A DNA stretch of 61,691 bases, filler included. It is 4 parts of 4 records of this genome, joined end to end, with 100 filler letters (N's around TTAATTAATTAA, not from the genome) between each part and the next. Parts side by side here need not be neighbours in the genome. Positions count along the whole stretch, not along the records: positions 1 to 20,983 come from DRR723986_1447; 3 more parts are not named here. The stretch is one strand, 5' to 3'. The notes under the pieces were generated by a model. The model was not told the origin of the DNA. It saw only the letters and a program-made list of their open reading frames with translations, and did not search any database. This document shows positions 1 through 10,396 of this stretch, piece after piece. How positions within the stretch are numbered: position 1 is the first letter of the stretch; each line of letters begins with the position of its first letter. The position numbers and the translations under genes were made by a program.

Positions 1-156
1 TCCACGCCCCAATCCACGCCCCAATCCACGACCCAATCCACGGCCCAATCCACGGCCCAATCCACGACCCAACCCATGCACCAATCCACGCAACAATTGA
101 ACTGCCAAGTCAAAAATCAATCCGTGCAACAAGCCACGAAACAATTGCTAAAGCAA
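1..156. repeat. 12-bp tandem repeat (consensus TCCACG-NCCCAA): 8 clear units at 1-96, degenerate units to ~156
   Basis: Units tccacgccccaa x2, tccacgacccaa, tccacggcccaa x2, tccacgacccaa, cccatgcaccaa, tccacgcaacaa; CAA recurs every 12 nt up to position 156. Confidence 0.9.
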
Positions 157-297
157 CACTTGCAGCAGCCCACGCCCACGCACAAAAAGCTGCGACACAC
201 CCAATTTTTTGGTGATGATTGCGTTCAATGCTTCTTTCCTTAGATATGCCCTGCAGTGCCCGCCCTGCAGCCCTGAGCTACCATCCCGTGAGTGCCC

Positions 298-1440
298 ATG
301 TCGCAGTTTTTTAGCCTTGAAACTACAGCTGAAGCCGGAAATGCACGAGCCGGACGCCTCGTAACCGATCATGGTGAAATTGAGACGCCGATATTTATGC
401 CCGTGGGAACGCAGGCAACCGTCAAGGCGCTGCAGCAACGTGAGCTCGTGGAACTGAATGCACAAATTATTCTGGGAAATACCTATCACCTGTACCTGCG
501 TCCCGGCGAAGAAATCCTGTCCGAGCTGGGTGGTCTGCACAAGTTTATGAGCTGGGACAGGCCGATTTTGACCGACTCCGGTGGATTCCAGGTGTTTTCG
601 CTGCAGGACCTGCGCAAATTGAGCGAACAGGGCGTGGAATTTGCCTCACACCTGGATGGCTCACGACATATGTTTACGCCCGAAAGTGTTGTTGATACGC
701 AGCGCTTCATCGGGTCTGATATTATGATGGTGCTGGACGAATGCACACCACATCCGGCTACGCGCGACTACGTGCGCGACTCAATGCACCGCTCGGCACG
801 CTGGGCGCAACGCTGTATGGACCGATTTAACGAAACTGAATCGCGCTACGGGGCACGCCAGTTTCCCTTTGCGATTGGACAGGGTGGGGTACATGCCGAT
901 CTGCGCCGCGAAAATATGCAAGCCCTGGTGGATATGGATTTCCCTGGTTATGCAATCGGTGGGCTCTCAGTTGGCGAAGAAACAGCTGACATGTACGCCA
1001 TGACGGCGGCCTCAACTGCGGTAATGCCGGCCGACAAACCACGTTATCTGATGGGCGTTGGTACACCGGAAAACCTGCTGGAATGCATCGATCTCGGCGT
1101 GGACATGTTTGACTGTGTGATGCCGACGCGCAATGCGCGTAACGGCCAGCTCTTTACCACCAAAGGCCCGCTTAACCTGCGGAATGCCAAACACAAAATG
1201 TCCGACGAAGCGATTGATCCGCTGATCGATTCCTACGCTTCGCGCAATTTTTCGCGCGCGTACATGCGCCACTTGTTTAAAGCCAAAGAGATTCTGGGAC
1301 CGCAGCTGGCAACACAGCATAATATTGCTTTCTATTTGTGGTTAATGCGCACCGCCAGGTTGAAAATACAGGCGGGAGAATTTCGTCAATGGAAGCGCGA
1401 ATTTCTGGCTGAATACCAGAATGGGATGTCGCCAACCTGA
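298..1440 (+). CDS. tgt: Queuine tRNA-ribosyltransferase (tRNA-guanine transglycosylase)
   Basis: Motifs TPIFMPVGT, LGNTYHL, LTDSGGFQVFSL, GVDMFDCVMPTRNARNG; followed by yajC as is usual; ATG at 298 preferred over GTG at 292. Confidence 0.97.
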   Translation: MSQFFSLETTAEAGNARAGRLVTDHGEIETPIFMPVGTQATVKALQQRELVELNAQIILGNTYHLYLRPGEEILSELGGLHKFMSWDRPILTDSGGFQVFSLQDLRKLSEQGVEFASHLDGSRHMFTPESVVDTQRFIGSDIMMVLDECTPHPATRDYVRDSMHRSARWAQRCMDRFNETESRYGARQFPFAIGQGGVHADLRRENMQALVDMDFPGYAIGGLSVGEETADMYAMTAASTAVMPADKPRYLMGVGTPENLLECIDLGVDMFDCVMPTRNARNGQLFTTKGPLNLRNAKHKMSDEAIDPLIDSYASRNFSRAYMRHLFKAKEILGPQLATQHNIAFYLWLMRTARLKIQAGEFRQWKREFLAEYQNGMSPT

Positions 1441-1599
1441 TGCCGCCGACCACGACTGCCAATCTACGGTACGGAAACATGACATAGGCCGGTTAATGCC
1501 GGCAGCGTATATCTATGTGTAATGTTACCGCTGGGAGCGCAACATTTTGTAAATTGGGTTGGTCAAATTCGTTTTTTTCACGATTTGCATTGGAACGAT

Positions 1600-1953
1600 A
1601 TGTTGAGCTTGTTTGGAACATTCACGGCTATGATGCCACCCGCCGAAGGCGGCGATGGTGGGGGATCGATGGTCTCCACTCTGATTATGTTCGGTGGTAT
1701 CATCCTGATTTTTTACTTCATGATCCTGCGCCCACAGAAAAAGCGCCAGCAAGAACATCAAGCACTCGTGGACAACGTTAAGCGTGGTGACAAAGTCATT
1801 TTGTCATCGGGACTCCACGGCCGCGTTTCCGGCATTGAGGAAAAGACAATTAAAGTACTGATCACCGACAACGTCCATGTGATGGTCGAGAAAAGTGCGA
1901 TTCAATCGGTTGAGCCCAAAGAGTCAAAAGAAAGCAAGTCCGAGGACAGCTGA
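1600..1953 (+). CDS. yajC: Preprotein translocase subunit YajC
   Basis: TM segment followed by FYFMILRPQKKRQQEH...VKRGDKVILSSGLHG; located downstream of tgt; ATG at 1600. Confidence 0.93.
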   Translation: MLSLFGTFTAMMPPAEGGDGGGSMVSTLIMFGGIILIFYFMILRPQKKRQQEHQALVDNVKRGDKVILSSGLHGRVSGIEEKTIKVLITDNVHVMVEKSAIQSVEPKESKESKSEDS

Positions 1954-2062
1954 TGCAATCGACCAGGGCACGTAGCTAACAACACTTGAGAATGAAAAAT
2001 CGCAAGCGTGGTGAAAGCACGTTAACCTACAGGAAGATTACAGAGTAGAAGGATAAGGTACC

Positions 2063-3268
2063 ATGGAATTCAAATTCAATACCATTCCCGAAGCGGTTGA
2101 AGACATCGCCAATGGGAAAGTCGTCGTTGTTATGGACGATGAAGATCGCGAAAACGAAGGTGACCTGGTCTGTTCAGCCGAGCTGTGCACACCCGACATG
2201 ATCAATTTTATGGCGACACAAGCGCGTGGCCTGATCTGCACTTCGGTAACACGACAGCGTGCGCGAGAACTTGAGCTGACTGACATGGTACCTTCCAACA
2301 CCTCACTGCACAATACGCGCTTTACGGTGTCGGTGGACTATCTACACGATACAACCACCGGCATTTCGACTGCCGACCGCGCCAAAACAGTGCGCGCGCT
2401 GGCGGACCCGAACACCAAACCGACGGATTTGGGCCGCCCCGGCCACATCTTCCCGATTGAAGCGGTAGAAGGCGGCGTGCTGCGGCGTGCGGGCCACACC
2501 GAAGCTGTTGTTGACCTGATGAAGCTGGCCGGACTGCGTCCTGCCGGAGTCCTGTGTGAAGTCATGAACGATGACGGCACAATGGGGCGTTTGCCACACC
2601 TGATGAAGTTTGCCAAAAAACACGATCTGAAGATCATTACGGTTCAGGAGCTGATCGCTTACAGGCTCAGTTCAGAGAAACTGATCAAATGTGTAGCTGA
2701 AGCGAAGATGCCGACCGAGTTTGGCATTTTTGACGTGATGGTCTATCAGAATATCGTGGATGGCAAAGAGCACGTGGCGCTTAAACTGGGCGACATTACA
2801 CCTGAGTCTCCGACGCTGGTGCGCGCGCACTCCGAGTGCCTGACGGGCGACATCTTCGGTTCGCTGCGTTGTGACTGCGGACCGCAGTTGCATGCAGCCA
2901 TGAAAAAGATTGGCGAAGCTGGCAAAGGTGTGATTTTGTACATGCGCCAGGAAGGCCGCGGAATTGGACTGATCAACAAGCTCAAAGCCTACAAGCTGCA
3001 GGAAAGTGGGCTTGACACCGTAGAAGCCAATGAGGAGCTGGGCTTTAAGTCCGACCTGCGCGACTATGGCATCGGCGCTCAAATGCTGGTGGATCTGGGC
3101 GTGCGCAAGATGCGGCTGCTTACCAACAACCCACGCAAGATTGTTGGGCTGAGCAGTTATGGGCTTGTAGTTGAAGAACGCGTGCCCATTGAAGTGCCGC
3201 CAAATAGCGAAAATGAAGGCTATTTGCGCACGAAACAAGCAAAATTAGGTCACTTACTGCATTTGTAG
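2063..3268 (+). CDS. ribBA: Bifunctional DHBP synthase / GTP cyclohydrolase II
   Basis: [11 protein letters not shown] and [11 protein letters not shown] (RibB); [20 protein letters not shown] and RQEGRGIGL (RibA). Confidence 0.97.
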   Translation: MEFKFNTIPEAVEDIANGKVVVVMDDEDRENEGDLVCSAELCTPDMINFMATQARGLICTSVTRQRARELELTDMVPSNTSLHNTRFTVSVDYLHDTTTGISTADRAKTVRALADPNTKPTDLGRPGHIFPIEAVEGGVLRRAGHTEAVVDLMKLAGLRPAGVLCEVMNDDGTMGRLPHLMKFAKKHDLKIITVQELIAYRLSSEKLIKCVAEAKMPTEFGIFDVMVYQNIVDGKEHVALKLGDITPESPTLVRAHSECLTGDIFGSLRCDCGPQLHAAMKKIGEAGKGVILYMRQEGRGIGLINKLKAYKLQESGLDTVEANEELGFKSDLRDYGIGAQMLVDLGVRKMRLLTNNPRKIVGLSSYGLVVEERVPIEVPPNSENEGYLRTKQAKLGHLLHL

Positions 3269-3361
3269 TTGACTTTGTGCCGCCCGGTTGTATTTTTGTT
3301 CTTCGTTATTTGGAGTGCATTCGGGCCATGCACACTGCATCGAGCAGCTTAACAAGCTCCC

Positions 3362-3400
3362 AAAGCCGTTATTTCCGACAATAATGGCTTTCTTTATTTT
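3362..3400 (+). terminator. Intrinsic terminator-like hairpin between ribBA and greA
   Basis: AAAGCCGTTATT-tccgac-AATAATGGCTTT followed by CTTTATTTT. Confidence 0.7.
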
Positions 3401-3486
3401 AGCGCTATGACGCCAAAATCCATTCCTGGGAAGCTCCTGTAATTTTGAACTTATAACGCCTTGTTTGAGAGGGTGGTGACTGGAAT

Positions 3487-3963
3487 ATGGGTAAACGGAT
3501 ATATTTGACTCGGGAACGTCTCCTGGAACTGGAAAAAGAACTGGACTTTCTGAAAACCAAAGAACGCTCCAGAATTGCAGCGCTCATCGCCGAAGCACGT
3601 TCACACGGTGATCTGCGCGAGAATGCCGACTACGATGCCGCCAAGGAAGCCCAAGGCCACCTGGAACTGCGTATCTCCAATATTCAGAATATGCTCGCCA
3701 ATTCACAGACGATTGCAGCAAGTGACCTGCCGGACGATGACAAAGTCTACATCCTCAGCAAAGTCACGCTGCGCAACAAAAAGAATAAGGCTGAAGTGGT
3801 TTATACCCTCGTCAGCGCTGAAGAGGCTGACATTTCGCAGAACAAACTCGCCGTAAGCTCTCCAATTGGCAAAGCTTTAATGGGCAAGGAAAAAGGCGAC
3901 GTCGTTGACGTGCGCGTTCCCGCCGGCAAAGTCGAGTTTGAGATTATCAACGTCGGGCGTTAA
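3487..3963 (+). CDS. greA: Transcription elongation factor GreA
   Basis: IAEARSHGDLRENADYDAAKEAQ and SSPIGKALMGK motifs. Confidence 0.97.
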   Translation: MGKRIYLTRERLLELEKELDFLKTKERSRIAALIAEARSHGDLRENADYDAAKEAQGHLELRISNIQNMLANSQTIAASDLPDDDKVYILSKVTLRNKKNKAEVVYTLVSAEEADISQNKLAVSSPIGKALMGKEKGDVVDVRVPAGKVEFEIINVGR

Positions 3964-3989
3964 AGCGCTCTTCCTCAATTCCAACGCAC

Positions 3990-4048
3990 AAAGGTCAGCC
4001 GCACAAAATCTCATGCCAGATTTTTTTCCTGTGCGGCTTTAAACCTTT
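3990..4048 (+). terminator. Extended stem-loop after greA
   Basis: AGCCGCACA (3997-4005) pairs with TGTGCGGCT (4030-4038); inner pair AAAATCT/AGATTTT; outer pair AAAGGT/ACCTTT. Confidence 0.5.
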
Positions 4049-4162
4049 TACCACCATGTGCAGTCCAAGCCGCTGGAATCCATAAACAGGCCTTGCGGTG
4101 TACTATTCTCCGGAAGGGCTGATTACCAGAATCAGTACATCGTTCCAGTGTGGAATTCCGGC

Positions 4163-4732
4163 ATGGAGAACATCTTGAAACTGGCCGGCGACCAGGCAAT
4201 CCTGACAGAGTATCGCGAAGGTGACGCAGACCGCGCCGCTGACGCTTTCGTACGCAAACACCAGGAGTTTGTGTACGCTACGGCCCTGCGCTATCTGCGC
4301 GACAGCGACGATGCCGGTGACGCAGCTCAGGAAGCTTTTATCAAGGCGCTCGCAGCTCTCAAGAAATTCCGCGGTGAAAGCAGTGTTCGTACCTGGCTCT
4401 ATCGCATTACAGTTAACGTCTGTTCGTCCATGCAACGCAAAGCCAAGCTGCGCGCAATGATCTCACTTGAGGGGCTGACGCGTGCGCCGCGATCAAAGGA
4501 AGCGACGCCGGAAGAACAGGTTGAGAATCAAAATTTCCGCGAAAACTTTGATCTGGTGCTGGAAAAGCTCCCCACCAGGCAACGCGAGACCTTTGTATTG
4601 CGTTACTTTGATGAACTCAGCTATGAAGAGATTTCGCAGATGTTAGGCACGAGTGTTGGTGGGCTCAAAGCCAATTATTATCAGGCAACCAAAAAAATTG
4701 CACAATTGCTGAAGTCGGGGGACTATGAATAA
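4163..4732 (+). CDS. ECF-family RNA polymerase sigma factor
   Basis: Region 2 DAAQEAFIKA...FRGESSVRTWLYRITVN; region 4 LPTRQRETFVLRYFDELSYEEIS; ATG at 4163 chosen. Confidence 0.92.
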   Translation: MENILKLAGDQAILTEYREGDADRAADAFVRKHQEFVYATALRYLRDSDDAGDAAQEAFIKALAALKKFRGESSVRTWLYRITVNVCSSMQRKAKLRAMISLEGLTRAPRSKEATPEEQVENQNFRENFDLVLEKLPTRQRETFVLRYFDELSYEEISQMLGTSVGGLKANYYQATKKIAQLLKSGDYE

Positions 4733-5462
4733 TCCAGAGCTACATAATTCTGAGGAGCGGGATCCCAGGCAGCCGGGCAGCGAAACTCTGAGCCGCGAGC
4801 TGATGGAAGAAATGCTCACCGACTTCGCCTTTGAACGCCTGGCGGACGATGAGGCGCTTCGTTTTGAGGCGGCACTGGAAGCACATCCGGACCTCAAAAA
4901 TGATGTTAAACAGATTCGCGAATCATTCGCCATGTTTGACAAGGCCGACTATCTGGAGCGCCGCCGCCGTTCTTCGCGCAATGTTTCCGTGCATGTTCAG
5001 GACGAACTCAGTGCTCGCCAACGTGCCGCCATGCGCAACAAACGATTTTACATGCGGATGGCGCCATTTGCGCTGGCCAGTATTATTGCAATTTTCATTT
5101 ATCCGCCCTTTGATTATCCGGATTCTGATGACGGCACACAAACAATTGAACTGGCCGAGGAACAGCCGAATCAAACGGGTTTACTGGATGGTGGTTTGCC
5201 GAACCTGGCCGGAATGGACGACTTCCTGCTGCTAGGTGCGGATGAAGAAATTTCGGCCTTGATGGATGAGTATCCCGAGGCGAGTCTTATGGTCGCTGAT
5301 GTAACTCTGGACGACCTGGATGCTGAATCCGCCGAGCTTCTTTTGGAAACTTCCTGGCACGTTAATGCCGGTATGCCGGTCCTCGATCTTTTGCCTGAGG
5401 ACCTGCTCGAAGCTGAACTGCAAACTCTTTTTGAAGGAGTCGAACATGTTGCGTCGCTCTAA
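4725..5462 (+). CDS. Putative membrane anti-sigma factor
   Basis: Overlaps the ECF stop codon; N-terminal anti-sigma-like segment lacking the zinc Cys residues, single TM (FALASIIAIFIY), acidic C-terminal part. Confidence 0.65.
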   Translation: MNNPELHNSEERDPRQPGSETLSRELMEEMLTDFAFERLADDEALRFEAALEAHPDLKNDVKQIRESFAMFDKADYLERRRRSSRNVSVHVQDELSARQRAAMRNKRFYMRMAPFALASIIAIFIYPPFDYPDSDDGTQTIELAEEQPNQTGLLDGGLPNLAGMDDFLLLGADEEISALMDEYPEASLMVADVTLDDLDAESAELLLETSWHVNAGMPVLDLLPEDLLEAELQTLFEGVEHVASL

Positions 5463-5952
5463 TAGCCTTCTGATTATCGCGGTATTGTTAACATTTGTCA
5501 GCATCGAAGCCGCCTCGCTTTTTGCACAGCCGGCGCCGCGTGCACGCCAACGTTTGGAGCAGTTTAAGAAACTTAAACTCATCGAAACCCTCGACCTGGA
5601 AGATATCGTTGCCGAGAAATTTTTTGTGGCCTATAACCGCAGCAGTCGTCAGATTGAGGCCAGTAAACAAGCGCTCGATAGTGCCATGACAGATCTGTAT
5701 AAAGCCGTTGAATCTGGTGCTGACGAATCTGTCATAACGCAAAAAACCGAGACTGCGCTGGATAAACACGCGCAGGCAATGGATGCCGTTAAGTCGATGA
5801 TGACGTCCGTACGCGCGGTTCTGACTCCGGAGCAGTATGCACGTTATATCATTTTTGAAGCGCGTTTCCACAAGGAAGTTAAACGCCGCCTCTCGGAAAT
5901 GGGAGATCGCGGACGTGATCGTCGTGAGCGCCGCGACGGGAGAGATCGTTAA
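5446..5952 (+). CDS. Secreted Spy/CpxP-like helical protein
   Basis: RBS AAGGAG and ATG at 5446; signal peptide; VLTPEQ motif near the C-terminus; basic tail; typical third gene of ECF/anti-sigma modules. Confidence 0.7.
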   Translation: MLRRSNSLLIIAVLLTFVSIEAASLFAQPAPRARQRLEQFKKLKLIETLDLEDIVAEKFFVAYNRSSRQIEASKQALDSAMTDLYKAVESGADESVITQKTETALDKHAQAMDAVKSMMTSVRAVLTPEQYARYIIFEARFHKEVKRRLSEMGDRGRDRRERRDGRDR

Positions 5953-6000
5953 CATTTATCCGGCAAATTCCGAACGCTTAACAGATTGAGCGCTGCCCGT

Positions 6001-6942
6001 ATGATTAAACAGCCTAAGCATGATTTTTTTGTTTTGCACTGGGATAGAAACCAGAAGAATTTTAGAGTCGTGCTCAGCCTGCTGCTCATGTCTATGAGTC
6101 TTGCAGTGTACAACCCAGACCTGAATGCCGGAAGCCGCACAGACCTTAACAACTACGAGTCATTCTTTGACCAGGTATATCGCAGTGAACAAAGCTGGCT
6201 GGAAATGGCACCGGATACAATTCCGCCACAGGCAGCCCTGGGGTTAAGGAGCGCCGGTCACATCGATTCCTTGCTGCCCGCTGAGCGTGAATTCATTGTT
6301 GCTTCCGGTAATAGTTACAGGGACGGCGACCATGTCGGTTTGGGCATGTGGCGCGCGGCTTCAAGCAATCCTGCAGAAATCGAAGAACTGTATTTCATCA
6401 GCTACATTGACGACGATTCCGCACAGGCTTTTCCAATTGCTTGCTGGCCGTCCTCCACAGCGGATTTTGGTATCAAGAGCTGTTGTGACTCGTTACGCTA
6501 TACCTTTTTGACTCCATTCGCGCAATTGACATCTCTAATCGTTGTTTCCCGAATCAGCCGATCTTTTCGGCCTGCACGTGGCCAGTTTGGAACCAGTCTC
6601 GCGATCGAAGTTGAGACGCTGCAGGTATGGGATCCATTTACGGGCGTACTGTTGTTGGACATGCCTGTCGTGCAGCAAGTTACGCGGGAGGGACAGCAGA
6701 TTAGCGGTAACCTTGGCGCTGGTGGCGCAGGGCTGGACAACATCAGACGTACGCGCAATATTGCGCGTACTGAGCTGAATTTTGAACTCAAGCAATTTGA
6801 GTTGATAATTGACTCCTGCTCCAACTTCACATCGACTGGCGATGGTGAGATGCTGCGCAGCGCCCAAACAACAGAATTTATAGGCCCCAAACCGGGCCGC
6901 TACCGACTGACTCAACACGGTTATGCGCGGGTCACGGAATAA
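6001..6942 (+). CDS. Hypothetical, possibly exported protein
   Basis: Long ORF filling the gap, with a hydrophobic stretch VVLSLLLMSMSLAVY; start uncertain; no recognised motif. Confidence 0.55.
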   Translation: MIKQPKHDFFVLHWDRNQKNFRVVLSLLLMSMSLAVYNPDLNAGSRTDLNNYESFFDQVYRSEQSWLEMAPDTIPPQAALGLRSAGHIDSLLPAEREFIVASGNSYRDGDHVGLGMWRAASSNPAEIEELYFISYIDDDSAQAFPIACWPSSTADFGIKSCCDSLRYTFLTPFAQLTSLIVVSRISRSFRPARGQFGTSLAIEVETLQVWDPFTGVLLLDMPVVQQVTREGQQISGNLGAGGAGLDNIRRTRNIARTELNFELKQFELIIDSCSNFTSTGDGEMLRSAQTTEFIGPKPGRYRLTQHGYARVTE

Positions 6943-7027
6943 GTAGTTAACAATTTTTCAGAGTGACCGATTCCTCTAACTTCAAATCTTGGCACTCCCA
7001 CTGTAATTCAACCTAATCGGGTAGTCA

Positions 7028-9499
7028 ATGTTTAAGGTTTTTACTCTGAGTAAGCTGTTCATCATCTGCGTAACACTTTTATTGTTGGCTGCTCCCATAG
7101 CAGAAGCACAACGCGGTTCACGCGGAGGCCAGGGCGGCCGCAATGGTGGTGAAGCGCGGGTAGCCCCAGGCAAAATCGAAGGGCAGATAGTAACTGCACC
7201 AGATGCTGCGGCACTTGCGTTTGCAACAATTCGTTTGTTCTCAGTGCGTGACAGCACAATGGTCGCAGGTGCAAGCAGTGACCAGGTCGGGAAGTTTACA
7301 CTCGAGAAGTTGCGCTTTGGGCGATATTACTTAACAATCAAGTTCATCGGTTTTAGTTCAAAAACTATAGACGGGCTGGAGCTTAATCGCGAACAGCGCA
7401 CCCTGGACCTTGGGGTGCTTACACTGGACGCAGATGAAGTCACCAGCGAAGGTGTCGTCGTCGAAGCGCGCCGCTCCAATGTGGAATATAAAATCGACCG
7501 CAAAGTCATTAACGTTGACAGTGATCTGGCTGCCAGTTCCGGTACCGCCGTTGACGTCCTGCAGAACGTACCTTCCGTGCAGGTCGATATTGACGGTAAT
7601 GTAAGTCTGCGCGGCAGCACGGGTTTTATCGTAATGATCGACGGACGCCCCACCGTCCTGGACGCGCAGGATGCCCTGCAGCAGATTCCAGCTGCTTCGA
7701 TTGAAAATATCGAAGTGATTACCAACCCTTCGGCCAAATTTGATCCGGACGGTACCGCTGGAATTTTGAACATAGTTCTCAAGAAACAGACATTTATCGG
7801 CAACAGCAGTTTAATAAGTCTGGATGTTGGCCAGTTTGGTCGCATCGGCGGCAATGCGCTTTACAGTGTGCGCATGGAAAACGTGAGCATGTTTGTTGGT
7901 GCCGATTACAGCCGTGGTGAGGGGCCCGGAACGGAAATCGACGAGCGCGAATCACGCGGCGAAGATCTGACGTCTTTTGTGTTTTCAGACGGTGAGACAA
8001 ATCGCATACGCGAGCGCTACAACATCCGGGCCGGTGCCGAATTCACCCTGACGGACGCTGATATGTTAAACGTGGAAGCCAGCTTTGGTGGGCGCAATCA
8101 CGAGTCAGAAAACACGCGCGACTTTCGCGAATGGACATCGCTAGACCCGCAGGAACTACGTTATACCAGCCGCGAAGAACGCTCGCGCGGTGGTGATCAT
8201 TTTTCGTCTACGCTAAATTACACACGCCTTTTTGGGGCTCCAGGACACAAGTTAACTGCGCAGCTGGATTTCCGGCATCGCGAGAGCAATGAAGAGGGCC
8301 AAAATGACATGCTCGATTCTGCCGGAGGCATTTTCTTTGCCGCGCGCAACACCGAAGACGGGCCGTCGAACATTTTGCGCACCTCGCTGGACTATAGCCT
8401 GCCCCTAGGTGAGACCGACAAGCTTGAACTTGGTTATCAGGGGCGCATTGGTAATTCGCAAGACGTCACCGAGTCCTTTGCCTACAGTTTGGCGACGGAA
8501 GATTTTACGCGCGAAGACGAATTCAGCTATACGATTGACTATTTGCGTGATATTCACGCGCTTTACACGATGTACGCCGGTGAACTCGATAATTTTGGTT
8601 ATCAGGCGGGCTTGCGCGGCGAATATGTTAAACGCGATGTGCAGCTGAGCAGTCAGGACCAGGACTTCACGATTGACCGCTGGGACTTGTTTCCAACGGC
8701 ACATGTCTCGTACAAAATCTCTGACGACCTGCAGCTGATGTCGAGTTATTCGCGGCGGATTGAGCGTCCGCGCAGCTGGTATCTGGAACCGTTTACAACC
8801 AGGACGGATGCTTTTAACCTACGGCGTGGCAATCCGGACCTTTTACCGGAATACGCCGACTCCTACGAGCTGGGAGCGATTCAGTACATTGGCCGCAGCT
8901 CAATTTCGGCAGAGCTTTACCATCGTAGAACTGAGAACAAAACAGAGCGTATCCGCACCTTAATTGACGGCGACGAAGGTGTGTTTCTGAACACAATCGA
9001 AAACGTGGGAACCGACTATGCGACGGGCCTGGAGCTGATGTTTGACTTTGGCCCGGCAGACTTCTGGAATGTGACAGTCTCCGGTGGCGGTTTCCGCTAC
9101 GAAATCGAAACCACGATTGACAATGTGCGCCGCACATTTGAGAGCACAAACTGGACCGGCCGCATCAAAAATGATATTACGCTTGGTGAGACCACCAGTT
9201 TCGAGTTAACATTTAATGTTGATTCGCCAAGTGTTTCAGCGCAAGGTGAGCGCGAAGGATTTTACATGGTTAACACGGCCCTGCGCCAGCAGTTTTTTGA
9301 TAAGGCACTTTCGGCCACTCTACAGGTGCGCGATCTATTTTCGACGGGCCGCAATGAGTTCACTTCAATTGGTGATAACTTCACTCAATACGTGCTCTCT
9401 GAGCGCGACGCGCCGGTGGTCACATTAACTTTGCGTTTGAATATTAACAACTACAAGCAGAAACGGCGTGGCAGCGGGGATGACGGTGATGATTTTTGA
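7028..9499 (+). CDS. TonB-dependent receptor / outer-membrane beta-barrel protein (Bacteroidota type, with N-terminal carboxypeptidase-regulatory-like domain)
   Basis: Signal peptide; plug motifs DVLQNVPSVQVDIDGNVSLRG and IENIEVITNPSAKFDPDGTAGILNIVLKK; RGNPDLLPEY; C-terminal Phe. Confidence 0.9.
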   Translation: MFKVFTLSKLFIICVTLLLLAAPIAEAQRGSRGGQGGRNGGEARVAPGKIEGQIVTAPDAAALAFATIRLFSVRDSTMVAGASSDQVGKFTLEKLRFGRYYLTIKFIGFSSKTIDGLELNREQRTLDLGVLTLDADEVTSEGVVVEARRSNVEYKIDRKVINVDSDLAASSGTAVDVLQNVPSVQVDIDGNVSLRGSTGFIVMIDGRPTVLDAQDALQQIPAASIENIEVITNPSAKFDPDGTAGILNIVLKKQTFIGNSSLISLDVGQFGRIGGNALYSVRMENVSMFVGADYSRGEGPGTEIDERESRGEDLTSFVFSDGETNRIRERYNIRAGAEFTLTDADMLNVEASFGGRNHESENTRDFREWTSLDPQELRYTSREERSRGGDHFSSTLNYTRLFGAPGHKLTAQLDFRHRESNEEGQNDMLDSAGGIFFAARNTEDGPSNILRTSLDYSLPLGETDKLELGYQGRIGNSQDVTESFAYSLATEDFTREDEFSYTIDYLRDIHALYTMYAGELDNFGYQAGLRGEYVKRDVQLSSQDQDFTIDRWDLFPTAHVSYKISDDLQLMSSYSRRIERPRSWYLEPFTTRTDAFNLRRGNPDLLPEYADSYELGAIQYIGRSSISAELYHRRTENKTERIRTLIDGDEGVFLNTIENVGTDYATGLELMFDFGPADFWNVTVSGGGFRYEIETTIDNVRRTFESTNWTGRIKNDITLGETTSFELTFNVDSPSVSAQGEREGFYMVNTALRQQFFDKALSATLQVRDLFSTGRNEFTSIGDNFTQYVLSERDAPVVTLTLRLNINNYKQKRRGSGDDGDDF

Positions 9500-10033
9500 G
9501 ATAAAAATATAATAGTGAGACAAAAACACTGCTAACTTTTTGGCATTTTCCCTATCGGCGTGCGTTGGAACTCCGAATCCGGGGTGGACGACACAGCCGG
9601 GAGTTTTGAGCTCTTGGGGGGCAAAGCAGTCAAGGCAACGACGAAGTGACACAAAAATAAAGCTGCAGTAGAGGGAGTGCTGAAAATGTGACCAAGGATT
9701 CGAATGTGCAAATACAATGCAATAATTTGGTCCTTGATTACTACGAAGACTGCAAGTATCTTCAGCTAGGAAAACACAAATCAATCATCGGATTGAATCG
9801 AAGTACTACCGTCTTTTGGTGGCCAATCCATAGATCATTTGGCCACCAATTACAACCTACCGAGTATTGTATCTTCGTAAAAAAAACTGGTGATGTGAAC
9901 TTTCCAGATCATAGAGCTACGTGAAAGAGTAGCTATCACTTGAGTGTGCGACTCTTGCGCAGTATTATGAGCAGCAATGTGCTGATTCAAATTTTCAGCA
10001 TAGTACTATATTCTAAAAAAGGATGATTTAAAG

Positions 10034-10396
10034 ATGTATACTAAAACACTTTACACCTGTTTGGCGATTGCGCTGTTTCTACTTCCGCAGATTTCTTTCG
10101 GTGTAACAGTTACATTTGAGTATGGAAGCTCTGAGAGAAGAGGGTGGGTTTGGCAAGGAGGGTTAAATGACCATGGGGGGCACGATTTTTGGTGTGTCGC
10201 AGAATTTGCGAACTCTTGTGGTTTGTGGGATTGGAAATCCATCTATGATGGGATTAGTGTACCCTCACAACTAGATCCTGCGGTTTTGAGTCCTGCTTGG
10301 GGCCATGATAACGTTTTGCAGGCTGCTGCATCGGACCCCAATATTACGGGGCCTGGTGAATTTCAGTACCCAGCCGTTTTCGTATCAAATAATTAA
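10034..10396 (+). CDS. Small secreted Trp/Cys-containing hypothetical protein, paralogue A
   Basis: RBS-like AAGGA, Sec signal peptide, clear paralogy with 10626-10985. Confidence 0.85.
   Translation: MYTKTLYTCLAIALFLLPQISFGVTVTFEYGSSERRGWVWQGGLNDHGGHDFWCVAEFANSCGLWDWKSIYDGISVPSQLDPAVLSPAWGHDNVLQAAASDPNITGPGEFQYPAVFVSNN

Noticed and set aside
1-96. CRISPR array
   Set aside because: Contiguous 12-bp units with no spacers, and no cas genes
1954-2062. FMN riboswitch upstream of ribBA
   Set aside because: The spacer is only ~110 nt and lacks the RFN consensus blocks
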